A stretch of DNA of 64,000 nt, from the NCBI GenBank assembly GCA_000004985.1, contig GG738907.1; one strand, 5' to 3'. Position numbers and translations under genes: made by a program. Source of the DNA: Naegleria gruberi (Eukaryota). The notes under the pieces were generated by a model that saw only the letters and a list, made by a program, of their open reading frames with translations, ran no database searches and had not been told where the DNA came from. How positions within the stretch are numbered: position 1 is the first letter of the stretch; every line of letters starts with the position of its first letter. This document shows positions 53,904 to 64,000 of the stretch, piece after piece.

Positions 53904-56073
53904 TTTGTTTTGTTTGTGTTGCTGTGTTGGAAACTATCTGAAAGTCTGTCATAAAGGTTTTTATGTGTCGGCCTGTGTGTTGTCGCAATGTTGTTGCTGT
54001 GTTGGATGTTACTTGATAAACAATCGTCGTAATCTTTGTTTAAATGGTCTATGAAATGTCAAACTGCAATACCAATCAAGGAGTGCAAATGTCATGATAG
54101 GTTGCGCAATAGGATATAATCGCATAATGAATAACGTTATCAGAGCATGCAGTTAAAGACAAGTGGAACCTTGTTTTTGGCTAATTGTCATGTTTGTAGA
54201 AAGTTAGTCCATCTTTGTTGGAAACTAATTTAACGAAGGTTCCAAACTGAATGCTCGCATTGCATAAAAAGTTGTAACTCTCTTGAGGGACAGTGTTGTT
54301 TTAGTAGATAATGTGCACATCTGACACAATTATTACATCCTCATTGGATTTTTATCTTTTGTTATGTTGGTTGGACATTGTCCACGTGGTAATTGTTTCG
54401 GTTAAAGTTATTGGAAAGGTTGGTTTCAAGATGAATTTAAAGAATAAACATAAAATAAACATGAAATAACATAATGAACAGAAGAATAGATGTGAAACTG
54501 TGTTGTATTATGTTGGAGGTGGTCAAATTGACTGGTTGTGATAAAACATGCTCTTCCAGTAACTGTATGCGTGATACTTGTCATCTCTGTTTGATAAATA
54601 AAAAGCAACTTTCATAGGTCCCATCGCATATAATCTTGCGCAAGGTTTGAATTTCTTAATTGTTGTGCGATTTGAAGGGTTCACTTGGTCAATTTGGGAT
54701 GTTGTTTACTTTGATAGAACTGATCCGAATTAAAGTATTTCCTTTTGAAAATCTTATTGTTGTTTTGTAACCTCAAGCTAATTCCAGTACAGAAAGATCT
54801 CATCCAATACATGTAATAATTGTTACATGTTTAATATCAAGTCAATGTGAAATTCCAATGAAATAGTTTGGCACTTGACAGTAAGAAGATAAGATATGCA
54901 GTTGGTTGTGCTAACAGTTCACGCGTTTGCAGTTATTCTTCCTATCGGCTTTTTAACAAACATTTACAATTAGGGATGGAACGAAATTGGATTTAAAATG
55001 ATTAGTTTCGTCTTGGTTACTGTAGTTGAGGATATAGGAAGATGATTGAGATTACAATCTAGATGATTTGCCGTGGATATTTATTAGAAACCTTATCTGA
55101 AAACTTTAAAGTACTTGCCGAAAGGAAAGACTGTGAGAAGCAATGTTACATTTTAGGCAAGAAATTCTTGAATGTTTTTTACAATTAAATTGGATTTACA
55201 GTTAATACAACATTTATCTTGAAAAAACAGTAAATGATTGTAAAGCGAATGGTCCAATTGACTTGACCAAACTAATGATGAGCTACCAAGTCAGCTCAAA
55301 AATGGATACGCACAAATAATAAGTTAACACTTATTACCTAGTAGAATACTCTGAAAAATCCGAAAGATGTTTAGGAGCTTGTTATCCAAACAAAGTTGCC
55401 TCACCAAAGCACGCAACTCATCTTACAAGATGATAATAGAAAGTATTACAATAGGATTCGTTGTCGACGACTTACTATTGTATAAGAACTGCATTATCTA
55501 CAGAGAGAGGTAGGTAGGTAGGTAACTGCAAGGTTGTTGAAAATTAACTGTAAATTGATAAAGGGTTGGTGAATTTTGTTAGTGGCAGTTATTAGAAATG
55601 ATAAAGTTCAGAAATGATGAAAGAATCTGGGCATTCTTGCATTTTGGCATCTTGCTTAACAGAAGTTGTACTACTGGATTCTGAACTTTGTTCAATTGAA
55701 AAGTAAGCTTGGCAAAATTCTTACTGAATCTTTTCATGACCGAAAGGAGCTCTTTTCTCCCCTCATTATAACAATGTGGAATATTCAATTCCATACCAAG
55801 AACTTGTGTGAATCTCCAATTTGGTCCCAAGATTACGATACCAATGAGAGGATGACTGGTTGAAGACCAACTTGTAATTTTTTCAAGGCAAAAGTTCATC
55901 TATGCTGCTGTAGATTGAATCTCCACACACAAGTATGTGAAAAAAACAAGTAAATAAAAACGAGACAAACAAACGAACACTCAAGTGCAGACGTTTTCAT
56001 TGCAAACTTTTCATCATTAAAATCATTAAAATCATTTAATTATTTACTTATTAAATTCGCCAAGTTACAAATC

Positions 56074-56964
56074 ATGTGTTGGTCTCAAAGTACATCCGGA
56101 TGGTTTGCACTCATTGGAGCCTTGATGAGTGCCGATCAGTTTAGAAGATTCTACAAATTGTATTCTACTAATCAAGTTGGATCCACAAGAATGTTCTCTC
56201 AATTTCTCTTATATTTCACATATACATTGATGGAACTTTTGCAACATATTCAATATAGAGTTGGATTGGAAAATATGGAGGGAACTGAGGGTAGATGTGT
56301 ACAGTCCTTGTTGGAAAGCCCAAATGTTTTCTTCTCTTTAGTTGCCCATTTTCTTGTGTGGCTTCAACCTGTTGTTCACAATTACTGGATTTTGCATAAT
56401 TCTAAAAAAGGGAAATTGGCTTTCAAGTTGAGTTTGACATTGGCTTGGATCACTTTGATTGTTGCTACCATTTCTTTGGTTATGGGGTATAATAACATGT
56501 TTGGATTTGGTAAACCAGAGATAGCTCACAATCATACGCCTGTAGATCCTGCCATTATTTTCGGAGTTCATGTCCACAATGTTGATTCCAAATTGTGTAG
56601 TTATCAAGGTCCAAATCATTTATTTTGGATGTTCCCTTATCATCCAATGTGGAATTATTCCTCTGCCAATTGGTTCGTTTGGTTGGCCATTACAATTATT
56701 CCACATTTCTTTAGAAGATCAATTGGTTTTCGTGATTTCTTGGGAAATAACATTGTGGTTGGTTGTGGAGTTTTCTCAGGTTGGATTGCTTCGGTTGTGG
56801 TAACCTTAACTGTAGGAAATGGTTATCAACATGAAATTCCATCATATTGGTGTTTAATATCAATGCCATTCCTCATTCTTCCATATTTAGTGGCATTGAT
56901 TTTCAAACCAAAGAGATTTAATTTTGATGAAACATTATATCTGAAGAATAAGAAGGTTGACTAA
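56074..56964 (+). CDS. polytopic (approx. 7-TM) membrane protein, function unknown
   Basis: 296-aa ORF with about seven hydrophobic helices. Confidence 0.55.
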   Translation: MCWSQSTSGWFALIGALMSADQFRRFYKLYSTNQVGSTRMFSQFLLYFTYTLMELLQHIQYRVGLENMEGTEGRCVQSLLESPNVFFSLVAHFLVWLQPVVHNYWILHNSKKGKLAFKLSLTLAWITLIVATISLVMGYNNMFGFGKPEIAHNHTPVDPAIIFGVHVHNVDSKLCSYQGPNHLFWMFPYHPMWNYSSANWFVWLAITIIPHFFRRSIGFRDFLGNNIVVGCGVFSGWIASVVVTLTVGNGYQHEIPSYWCLISMPFLILPYLVALIFKPKRFNFDETLYLKNKKVD

Positions 56965-57049
56965 GGAATTAGTATTTCGCATCATTAAGACATCTACATA
57001 TGTGTTAAATTAGATTTTATTAAACTCTTCAAAATTGAAATATTTACAA

Positions 57050-58059
57050 TTATTGCAAAACTTCCATGGTAGCTTCGACATCTCCATGTTCATTGGAGAA
57101 CAACATTTGTCTTTCGGCCAAATTCTTATAGATACCATGTTCAATGGCCATCAATTCAGCATGGGTACCAGTTTCTTTCAAAATACCCTTAGCCAAGACG
57201 CAAATCTTGTCAGAATTTCTAACAGTGGACAATCTGTGAGCAATACAAATAGTTGTTCTTCCCTTCATCAACAAGTCCAAAGCAGCTTGAACGAGAGCTT
57301 CAGATTCAGTATCCAATGCAGATGTGGCTTCATCCAACAAGAGAAGCTTTGGATCTTGCAACAAGGCACGAGCAATACAGACACGTTGCTTTTGACCACC
57401 TGAGAGTGAGACACCACGTTCACCCAATAAAGTATTGTATCCATCTGGCAAGTCCATAATGAAACTGTGACAGTTGGCAGATTTGGCAGCTTCAATAACC
57501 TTTTCCATTGTAGTATTTTCTTCACCAATAGCATATGCAATATTCTTGTAAATGCTGGTAGCAAACAATACAGGTTCTTGAGTGACAATACCAATATTCT
57601 TGTGGAGCCACATTGGATCGATTTCGGCAATATCAACACCATCAAGATAAACCTTACCCTTAGCTGGATCGTAGAATCTTTCCAATAAACCAACAATTGT
57701 TGATTTACCTGAACCAGATGGACCAACCAAAGCAACAGCTTGACCGGCCTTAATATCCAAACTGAATTCCTTCAAGACAGTAACATTTGGACGTGATGGA
57801 TAAATAAAGTCAACATTTTCAAATCTGACATTACCAATGATACTATCAAGAGTTTTACCTCCCTTGAAAATAATAGCTGGCTTTCTCTTCAACAACTTCA
57901 AGACAGTCTTTTGAGAAACCATGGCCTTACCATAATCAGGGAAGAATGAACCAGCTTGTGAAATACCAATAATAGCAAACAAGGTTAAACCGAAAACCTT
58001 GAGCATAGATCCGATATTCATGGTTCCTTCAACAACAAGACCTCCACCATACCAGAAAG
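57050..58059 (-). CDS. ABCB-type half transporter, exon 3 (NBD, to stop)
   Basis: Walker A (GPSGSGKST), ABC signature (LSGGQKQR), Walker B (LLLLDEATSALD) and H-loop. Confidence 0.85.
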
Positions 58060-58105
58060 CTAAAATAAAATTATTGAGCTAATTTGAAATAATTAAAAAA
58101 CATAC

Positions 58106-58803
58106 CCAAAGCAGTAGTACCCCACAAGATACCAACCAAAATACCAAAAGTAGAACCTTGAGCAACAGCTTTACCAATACCAGCCAAATACATCTTGGTC
58201 AAGTCCTTCTTGTATCTGACTCTTTCCTTTTCTTCTCCGGCCATTGATCTTACAGTTCTCATAGCTCCCATCACTTCAGTAGCAATGGAGGCACTATGAT
58301 CGTTGGCCTTATTAATTGCCAAAGTTAACTTTCTGATAATACCCCCGAGGAACACTACACCTAGAATCATCAATGGTGTAGTACTCATCATGACAAGGGC
58401 CATTTGCCATCCTGATGTCAAGGCAAGAATGACACCAATCAAAAATTGTGCCAAGTTTTGAAGTAAAGTAGCCATTTTGACAGAATAAATTTCTTGAATA
58501 CGAGTGATATCTTCTGAAAGTGTAATGGTCAATGCACCAACCTTCTTAATATCAAAGAAGCCCATCTCTTGAACTGTCAATGAATCAAAGTAAGCACTTC
58601 TAATAGCAACACCAATTCTTTCACTGGCCCAGTTCAAGAAGAATTGAGACATGAAATTGGCAATGCAAGCAGCAGCTGCAATAATGGCAAAGTATGAAGC
58701 ATAGACTCCAATTTCGGCCTTTTGTTGCTCTGGAGTAACAGTTGATCCATCTGCACGTGTTGGTGAAAAGACATTGATTAAATCTCCCATAACAAATTGG
58801 AAA
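58106..58803 (-). CDS. ABCB-type half transporter, exon 2 (TMD)
   Basis: Bounded by acceptor CTAATAG and donor GTATGT. Encodes TM helices ending ...LWGTTAL|AFWYGG, a conserved ABCB junction. Confidence 0.8.
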
Positions 58804-58853
58804 CTATTAGATTCAACAATATTAACAATCGGAATGTTAGTATAATTACATAC

Positions 58854-59143
58854 CTAATTGGAATCACACCAGTACCCATAGCTCCGATGCTTCCCAAGAA
58901 TACTAATATCCAATTCCATCCTATAATTTTATAAATTGTAAAACCGTCTTTAAATGTAAGATTTGGTTCTCTTTCATCAGGAATTTCCTCGGAATCTTTC
59001 TTTTCTTCTTCTTGTTTCTTCTTTCTCTTGAAAGGATTTCTTGATTTTCTTTCCGTTTGTGGTTGTTTCTTATCTTCCTTAATTTCTTGTTGTTGTGCTT
59101 TAACTTCCACCACATCAACAACTAATTCATTGTTTGCCGACAT
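58854..59143 (-). CDS. ABCB-type half transporter, exon 1
   Basis: True ATG at 59143 (the ORF tool used an upstream GTG). Basic/acidic N-terminus, then the start of TM1 (GWNWILVFLGSIGAMGTGVIP). Donor GTATGT. Confidence 0.7.
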
Positions 59144-59608
59144 GTTGTGTTCTATATACAAAGATGATTGTGTATTATCCACTATTATTATTCAAATTTC
59201 AAATTGATAGGAAGACCTAAAAGTTGAGTGGATAACAATTCGCTTGTTTTTTTCTGTTGTGTTTTTAATTTTAGTGGAGAGAATCTCAAGCACGTACAAT
59301 TTTCTTCCATCTAGAAGAGATTCAATTGCGACTGCAAGTCATTTGATGTTGTGACTATCATTGAAATGGTGGCGCACTTGTGGGTGTTGGTATTCAATAG
59401 TGCGGTAGGCACGCTTATAGCGAAATTGTTCAACGCTTATAGCGCCAATGTGTCTAACGGTAAGAAAAAACCCGCTCTTTAGTTGAGACTTTAGAGAGGG
59501 AGCATGAGATTTTTGAGTGAGGATAAATCCTATACTATTAATACAATACAATTACACAGTGTTAAGATTATCAATATTCTTTAGATTCATTGTTTTAGGG
59601 TTATGAAT

Positions 59609-59727
59609 GGCTACGGCCATATCACGATGAATGCACCTCATCCCGTCCGATTTGAGAAGTTAAGCATCGTCGAGCCACATCAGTACTGAGGTTGGAGACA
59701 ACTTGGGAACCTGTGGTGCTGTAGTCT
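59609..59727 (+). rRNA. 5S ribosomal RNA gene
   Basis: GGCTACGGCCATATCACGATGAATGCACCTCATCCCGTCCGATTTGAGAAGTTAAGCATCGTCGAGCCACATCAGTACTGAGGTTGGAGACAACTTGGGAACCTGTGGTGCTGTAGTC aligns block-by-block to eukaryotic 5S. A terminal T6 run is present. Confidence 0.8.
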
Positions 59728-59733
59728 TTTTTG
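59727..59733 (+). terminator. Pol III terminator (T-run) of the 5S gene
   Basis: TCTTTTTTGC immediately 3' of the 5S end. Confidence 0.6.
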
Positions 59734-60062
59734 CTTTTACCACACATTTTCTATTTAGAGACATTTTCATTACAAGATTCAAAGGTTGAGGTGGAAATCA
59801 AGGACGTTCTTTCCAGTCACTGGAAGACAGTGTCTATTATCCTCAATCTAAATCTCACAAGCTCATCAAATCTACAGAGATCTAAAGAGAAAAAGTCCTA
59901 AATATTCAACACTGGATTTTTAAGAAGCAATTAGTGGTAGTTGTCACCATTGCTAATTATCTTTTTAAATAGAAGAAATGAGAGAGGGATTTTTTCGTAT
60001 CGTAAACTTAACATATGAGGTAAAATATTTCAGTTGAAAAATAAGGTAATGGCAGTAAGGGA

Positions 60063-60132
60063 AAAGAAAAAGAAGTAAAATCTGCAGAAGGTGGGATTTG
60101 AACCCACGAAGCTTGCGCAGTAGAACTTGAGT
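60063..60132 (-). tRNA. 5'-truncated tRNA-Leu(CAA)-like sequence (D-loop through 3' acceptor strand), possible pseudogene or tRNA-derived element
   Basis: Reverse complement reads AAAGTGGTCAAAGGGGGTAGACTCAAGTTCTACTGCGCAAGCTTCGTGGGTTCAAATCCCACCTTCTGCA, with an intact anticodon stem-loop (CAA), long variable arm, T-arm and 3' acceptor strand. No matching 5' acceptor/D-stem was found. Confidence 0.5.
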
Positions 60133-60207
60133 CTACCCCCTTTGACCACTTTCAATGTGGCAAACACTAACATACCTACTGCGCAACCCCTGCTTCACAT
60201 TAAGGTA
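60133..60207. repeat. perfect 25-bp inverted repeat with 25-nt loop (75-bp hairpin) abutting the truncated tRNA-Leu-like sequence
   Basis: CAATGTGGCAAACACTAACATACCT ... AGGTATGTTAGTGTTTGCCACATTG, exact reverse complements. Confidence 0.85.
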
Positions 60208-60577
60208 TGTTAGTGTTTGCCACATTGAAAAATGCGACATTCCCCTTTTTGTTGGTTGAGTAGTATCTTATAGTAGATCAACAATGTTTCTAGAGCAGTG
60301 TTAGAGTGCAAATGTACTATCGTACTGACAAAAACTATTAGTGGTTCATTTGGATCATAAACTTTAACCTCATAAGAGTAGTATCGTACCTTCTCTAGAA
60401 GACTGATAAAAATGATTGATGGAGTGAACATGCGGATTTGTACCTTAATTTTTATGAATAAATGAAAAAACGAAAGTAATTCAAACTTTACCCCGTATAT
60501 TTAAACATTGAGGGAGGGTCATATGACCTTAATTAAATGAAGTCAAACCAAAAGTTTTGTCACAATATAAAACAGAA

Positions 60578-60649
60578 GGGGACCAGTGGGAATCGAACCC
60601 ACGGCCTCTCGCACCCAAAGCTATAATCATACCACTAGACCATGGTCCC
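60578..60649 (-). tRNA. tRNA-Pro(UGG)-like (anticodon stem has two A-G mismatches; possibly a pseudogene)
   Basis: Reverse complement reads GGGACCATGGTCTAGTGGTATGATTATAGCTTTGGGTGCGAGAGGCCGTGGGTTCGATTCCCACTGGTCCCC. It is near-identical to eukaryotic tRNA-Pro(UGG) except that 27-31 is ATAGC where the human tRNA-Pro(UGG) sequence, recalled from memory, has CUCGC. Confidence 0.6.
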
Positions 60650-61020
60650 TTACATGAAATATGAAGAATTTATTTCTCAATGTAGTATTATATCCTTATT
60701 TTTGATACCTTATCTCTTTAGATATTTATTGCAAGTCTTGTTGTCAACCCAAATATTCAACTTGTTTGTCATTGAGGATGAGACGATTGCAGCATTTCTG
60801 CTCTCATTCCTTAATTGATTAATTAGTGTGAAAAATCGAATGGACAAAGAAGCTATATTTTGAACATGACTAATCAAAAGTAAGTGTCGGTTTGACTAGC
60901 ACCGTACTTTCGTATTCACTACAGAACTTAATCATCAAAACTCGTGAACCTCAAGAAATTAAACCTGATATTATTGCGCATCAATCTATTGCATATTTAA
61001 TACTATTTTATTTTACAATT

Positions 61021-62148
61021 TTAATCGTCGAAGACTATTGATACATCAACTAGCTTTGAATTTCTGGCACTTTCGATTAATTTCTCCTTTGTTCTTGAAT
61101 GTTTGGTCATTGTCTTGTGCGAATTGTGGAAAAAACAGCATTGCCATCCACTGTTCAAAACATCATTAAATTTCAATGGGCCAACTCCAGCAAGTGAGCT
61201 CAATTCATCTAAATTAAACTTCTGTACGAATGGAAATTTTGGAAATGGTTTTTCAGGAAAATCAGCAAACATTTCACCAATACAAAATACATCATTCTTA
61301 CTATTGAGAAAATACTCTCCTCTTGAAAATCCTCCTATTTCAATAACTTCTCCTAAATCTAGAGGGCATTCAGTTAAATTATTATGATCTGAACTATCCT
61401 CCTTCAATCCAAATGTTGCTTGATGCATATTGTCATAACCACAACAAAATATCTTGTTCTCTTTGGTTCTAAGTATAACATGATAGTAACCTCCTTTAAC
61501 TTTGTCTATTGTGTGTTTTTTTTCTAGGAAAGTTGATAAATGGTTCAAATTGGAGTCATAATCTGAATAACCTAATCCTGATCTAATGTGATTGCCCAGA
61601 TCTTGAGCGTAAATCTTATTCTCTCTATCAACAATTAAAAATCCACCATTCCAACAACCTCCACATCTAATAACAGTATCATTTGGTATCTCAATTTTCA
61701 CAGGAGTTTCTTTTTTGCTCAATTCCCACAATTCGTTCCTGTCGTTGATAATTAAAAATTGATTTGCCAGAGGTCCACTCATTACTTCCTTAATCCTAAT
61801 GTTTAATTGATACATATGGCCCTCTGGATTCTCGGCAGAATCAATTCTCAAAACTCTTGTTCCATTTACATCAACTATATAAATTGAATCAACATTTCTA
61901 TAATATTCATTTGGTATAAAATCTGGATGGTGCTTTTTGAAATTAATTTTCAAAAGTTTCAAGGACACGGTTTTTTCAGCAATCAATTGATTATTGCCAG
62001 TCAATCGTGATAATTCCAATTTACAACAATCACCTTCGCCATGCCCAAAATAAACAATATCATTATTCTGATCTACAAAATAAATATACCTCTCTCCTCC
62101 GAACATTGTTTTAAATTGAAAATTAGTAAATTGGCAATAAAACAACAT
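61021..62148 (-). CDS. RCC1-repeat (beta-propeller) protein
   Basis: 375-aa ORF with RCC1-like blades (VKGGYYHVILRTKENKIFCCGYDNMHQATFG, IRCGGCWNGGFLIVDRENKIYAQDLG). A possible short 5' exon lies at ~62270-62291 (MLLALIL, donor GTGTATGT, acceptor TTATTGCAG). Confidence 0.6.
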   Translation of the reverse strand: MLFYCQFTNFQFKTMFGGERYIYFVDQNNDIVYFGHGEGDCCKLELSRLTGNNQLIAEKTVSLKLLKINFKKHHPDFIPNEYYRNVDSIYIVDVNGTRVLRIDSAENPEGHMYQLNIRIKEVMSGPLANQFLIINDRNELWELSKKETPVKIEIPNDTVIRCGGCWNGGFLIVDRENKIYAQDLGNHIRSGLGYSDYDSNLNHLSTFLEKKHTIDKVKGGYYHVILRTKENKIFCCGYDNMHQATFGLKEDSSDHNNLTECPLDLGEVIEIGGFSRGEYFLNSKNDVFCIGEMFADFPEKPFPKFPFVQKFNLDELSSLAGVGPLKFNDVLNSGWQCCFFHNSHKTMTKHSRTKEKLIESARNSKLVDVSIVFDD

Positions 62149-62421
62149 AGTACCAGAGGAATTGAGTGGTAAATCTGCAATAATAATTTTAGTATTTTGA
62201 TGAAGAATATTTCATGATGATGATTATGATGATTGCGATCAAATATTTTGATCACGAAAATACATACACTCAGAATCAAAGCTAGCAGCATGGAAAAAGC
62301 TGTTTGATAGTTCAGTGTTCATTTTTTTTTTGATTTTTTTGAAAAGTTCATTATTGTTGTAATCGGAATAATTATTAAATGTTTAATAATTTAATATTAT
62401 TTAATATAATCCAATTAAAGG

Positions 62422-63036
62422 TTAAAGGTTTAATTTAATGACCAGAAAGATAGGTGAATCTTTCAGAAATGAATATTCTGATAATCGTTTATCATTTTCC
62501 AAATGCATTCCAACATAAATTAGCATTTGCTGCTCAATTCGATAACCCTCCTTCTCGAAAATTATTTCCTTTACTCTTCTAATCGATTCATCCCGATCCA
62601 TTTCAATACTAATCGCTTTTCCAGTCAAAGTTCTTACAAAAAATTGAATAATGCATTTATGTTGGCAACTTAATAAGGAATTTGGTTCGATATTGTAATC
62701 GGTTATAGTTTTTGTATTTTCCAACAATCGACCATCATGAAATAATTTAATTTGATCGGAGGAGGAAATATTTGGTTTCAGCTGCTGATGAACAATTTTT
62801 TCCTTAATACTTTGAATGGAATCTTGCATCTCAACTTGAAGAGTAATTAAATAGTTAGATATTTGAACATTGAGTGGTTGCATTTGATAGGGAGTTGAAT
62901 TGAAATTGTTGGAAATATATAGGGAGATGACGATTAGGAAGAATTTGAATTGTTTTCTATTTTTTTGAGTAAGAAATGAACTTCTTGGAGATATTTCATA
63001 TTTTTTGAAACTTAATAAACAAGGAAATATTAACAT
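62422..63036 (-). CDS. protein with two tandem ubiquitin-like domains
   Basis: The C-terminal domain IIQFFVRTLTGKAISIEMDRDESIRRVKEIIFEKEGYRIEQQMLIYVGMHLENDKRLSEYSF closely follows the ubiquitin fold (MQIFVKTLTGK...). A more divergent upstream copy is present. Confidence 0.6.
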   Translation of the reverse strand: MLIFPCLLSFKKYEISPRSSFLTQKNRKQFKFFLIVISLYISNNFNSTPYQMQPLNVQISNYLITLQVEMQDSIQSIKEKIVHQQLKPNISSSDQIKLFHDGRLLENTKTITDYNIEPNSLLSCQHKCIIQFFVRTLTGKAISIEMDRDESIRRVKEIIFEKEGYRIEQQMLIYVGMHLENDKRLSEYSFLKDSPIFLVIKLNL

Positions 63037-63427
63037 GATTTAATGTAGTTGGAGATAAAAGATAATATTCAATATTTTGTAATGTTCATCTTGCAGTGTT
63101 TGTTGAATGTGAAAAATGGCTTTCCATAAAGCAATGGTGTTGAATACACATTCAATGAATTTCCCTTTCAAACAACTACTTTATCACCACCTCTAAACTC
63201 TGACTTAACAATTACTCAACAAGACATCTCCATGAAGTCCAATTAGATATGAAACACTTGAAAATAATTCACTTTGTTTTCTTCCACTGCAACCCTTATT
63301 CAACAGAAAATTAGAAACTAATCAGAAAGCATATTTAAAAAACAGGGTAAAAGTTCAAACTTCCTTCTTTAATTATCCGTGTTGATGGCTATTGGCCACA
63401 TTGTTTCGAATAACAATAAACTTAAAA

Positions 63428-64000
63428 AATGATAGCAAATCAACCAACCACAACTACATCCTCCTCTTTAGAAGACACCAACTCAACAATTGATATTGTT
63501 GTTGTTGGTGCTGGTCCAGTCGGATTGTGGACTAGTTGTCAAATTAAACTTTTAAATCCCAAGTTAAATATTCGAATCTTGGAGAAACATGAAGAATATA
63601 AAAGAAGTCATGTGGTTGTTTTGCATCATAAATCTTTGGAAGGACATGTTGCTCATCCTACTTTAAACAATTTCAGAAAAGAAGTTACTGAAAATACGAA
63701 AATTAGGACGAATAGAATTGAGCAAACTTTGTCGAATCTTTGTAAAGAATTGAATATTGAAATTTTTAAAAATTTCAATGTGAATGACATGAAATCTATT
63801 GAAAGCATGTTTCCTAATGCAAGATTTATTATTGGGGCTGATGGTTCTCATAGTACAGTGAGAGGGGCTGTTTGTGGAGGCGAATTGGAGTATACGAAAC
63901 ATTTCCACACTCTCGTTGAGGTGAAATATGAAGCCATTGGGCAAACCAAATCTCTAAATACAGTCATGTTCGGCTACCCAACCATGAAACTGATTGGATT
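63428..64000 (+). CDS. FAD-dependent monooxygenase (partial; continues beyond window end)
   Basis: Encodes MIANQ...DIVVVGAGPVGLW (Rossmann dinucleotide-binding motif) and IIGADGSHSTVR (flavin-monooxygenase GADGxxSxVR motif). The frame is open to the last base of the window. Confidence 0.7.

Noticed and set aside
57253-57735. ORFs overlapping the ABC transporter NBD (57253..57459 +, 57268..57735 -, 57467..57688 +)
   Set aside because: The NBD frame carries Walker A, signature and Walker B motifs; the overlapping frames have none.
59380-59470. Direct repeat CGCTTATAGCG x2 and the A-run upstream of the 5S gene, considered as a possible snRNA or regulatory element
   Set aside because: There is no match to U1/U2/U4/U5/U6 conserved boxes that I could recognise. 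It is probably promoter or spacer sequence.
60210-60431. 73-aa ORF between the tRNA-Leu-like and tRNA-Pro genes
   Set aside because: It has no start context or motif and lies in the Pol III island, so it is most likely non-coding.

Overview
The window looks like AT-rich, gene-dense eukaryotic nuclear DNA, not a prokaryotic locus. Stops are TAA/TAG/TGA, introns are GT-AG spliceosomal and very short (39-111 nt), and poly-N/poly-Q/poly-G coding tracts and scattered tRNA genes point to an amoebozoan or dictyostelid-like protist. It is probably not Dictyostelium discoideum itself, because intergenic DNA is only moderately AT-rich and the introns are unusually short. All calls rest on by-eye motif recognition in the supplied ORF translations and manual splice-site reasoning; no searches were run. 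About 38 protein-coding genes are called, most with 1-5 exons. Recognisable products include Rad51, a verprolin/WIP-like WH2 protein, an RGS-domain protein, a divergent TCP-1/CCT-like chaperonin, a GH30 glucosylceramidase, a GT61/EOGT-like glycosyltransferase, BolA, translin-associated factor X, a METTL5-like methyltransferase, an Alba-like RGG protein, a transmembrane Ser/Thr kinase, a serpin, a mucolipin/TRPML channel, a WD40 protein, a P4-ATPase flippase, an ABCB half-transporter, an RCC1-repeat protein, a tandem-ubiquitin-like protein and a partial FAD monooxygenase. RNA genes are tRNA-Tyr (intron-containing, irregular), tRNA-Ser(GCU), tRNA-Asp(GUC), tRNA-Pro(UGG)-like, a 5S rRNA, and a 5'-truncated tRNA-Leu(CAA)-like element fused to a perfect 25-bp-stem hairpin. 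No CRISPR, IS elements or prokaryotic defense operons are present. The most unusual structures are the Pol III cluster (5S, tRNA-Leu-like with hairpin, tRNA-Pro), the extremely short introns, a cysteine-rich CxxC-repeat protein, several genes interrupted by single frameshifts or stops, and a 2.2-kb ORF-free region.
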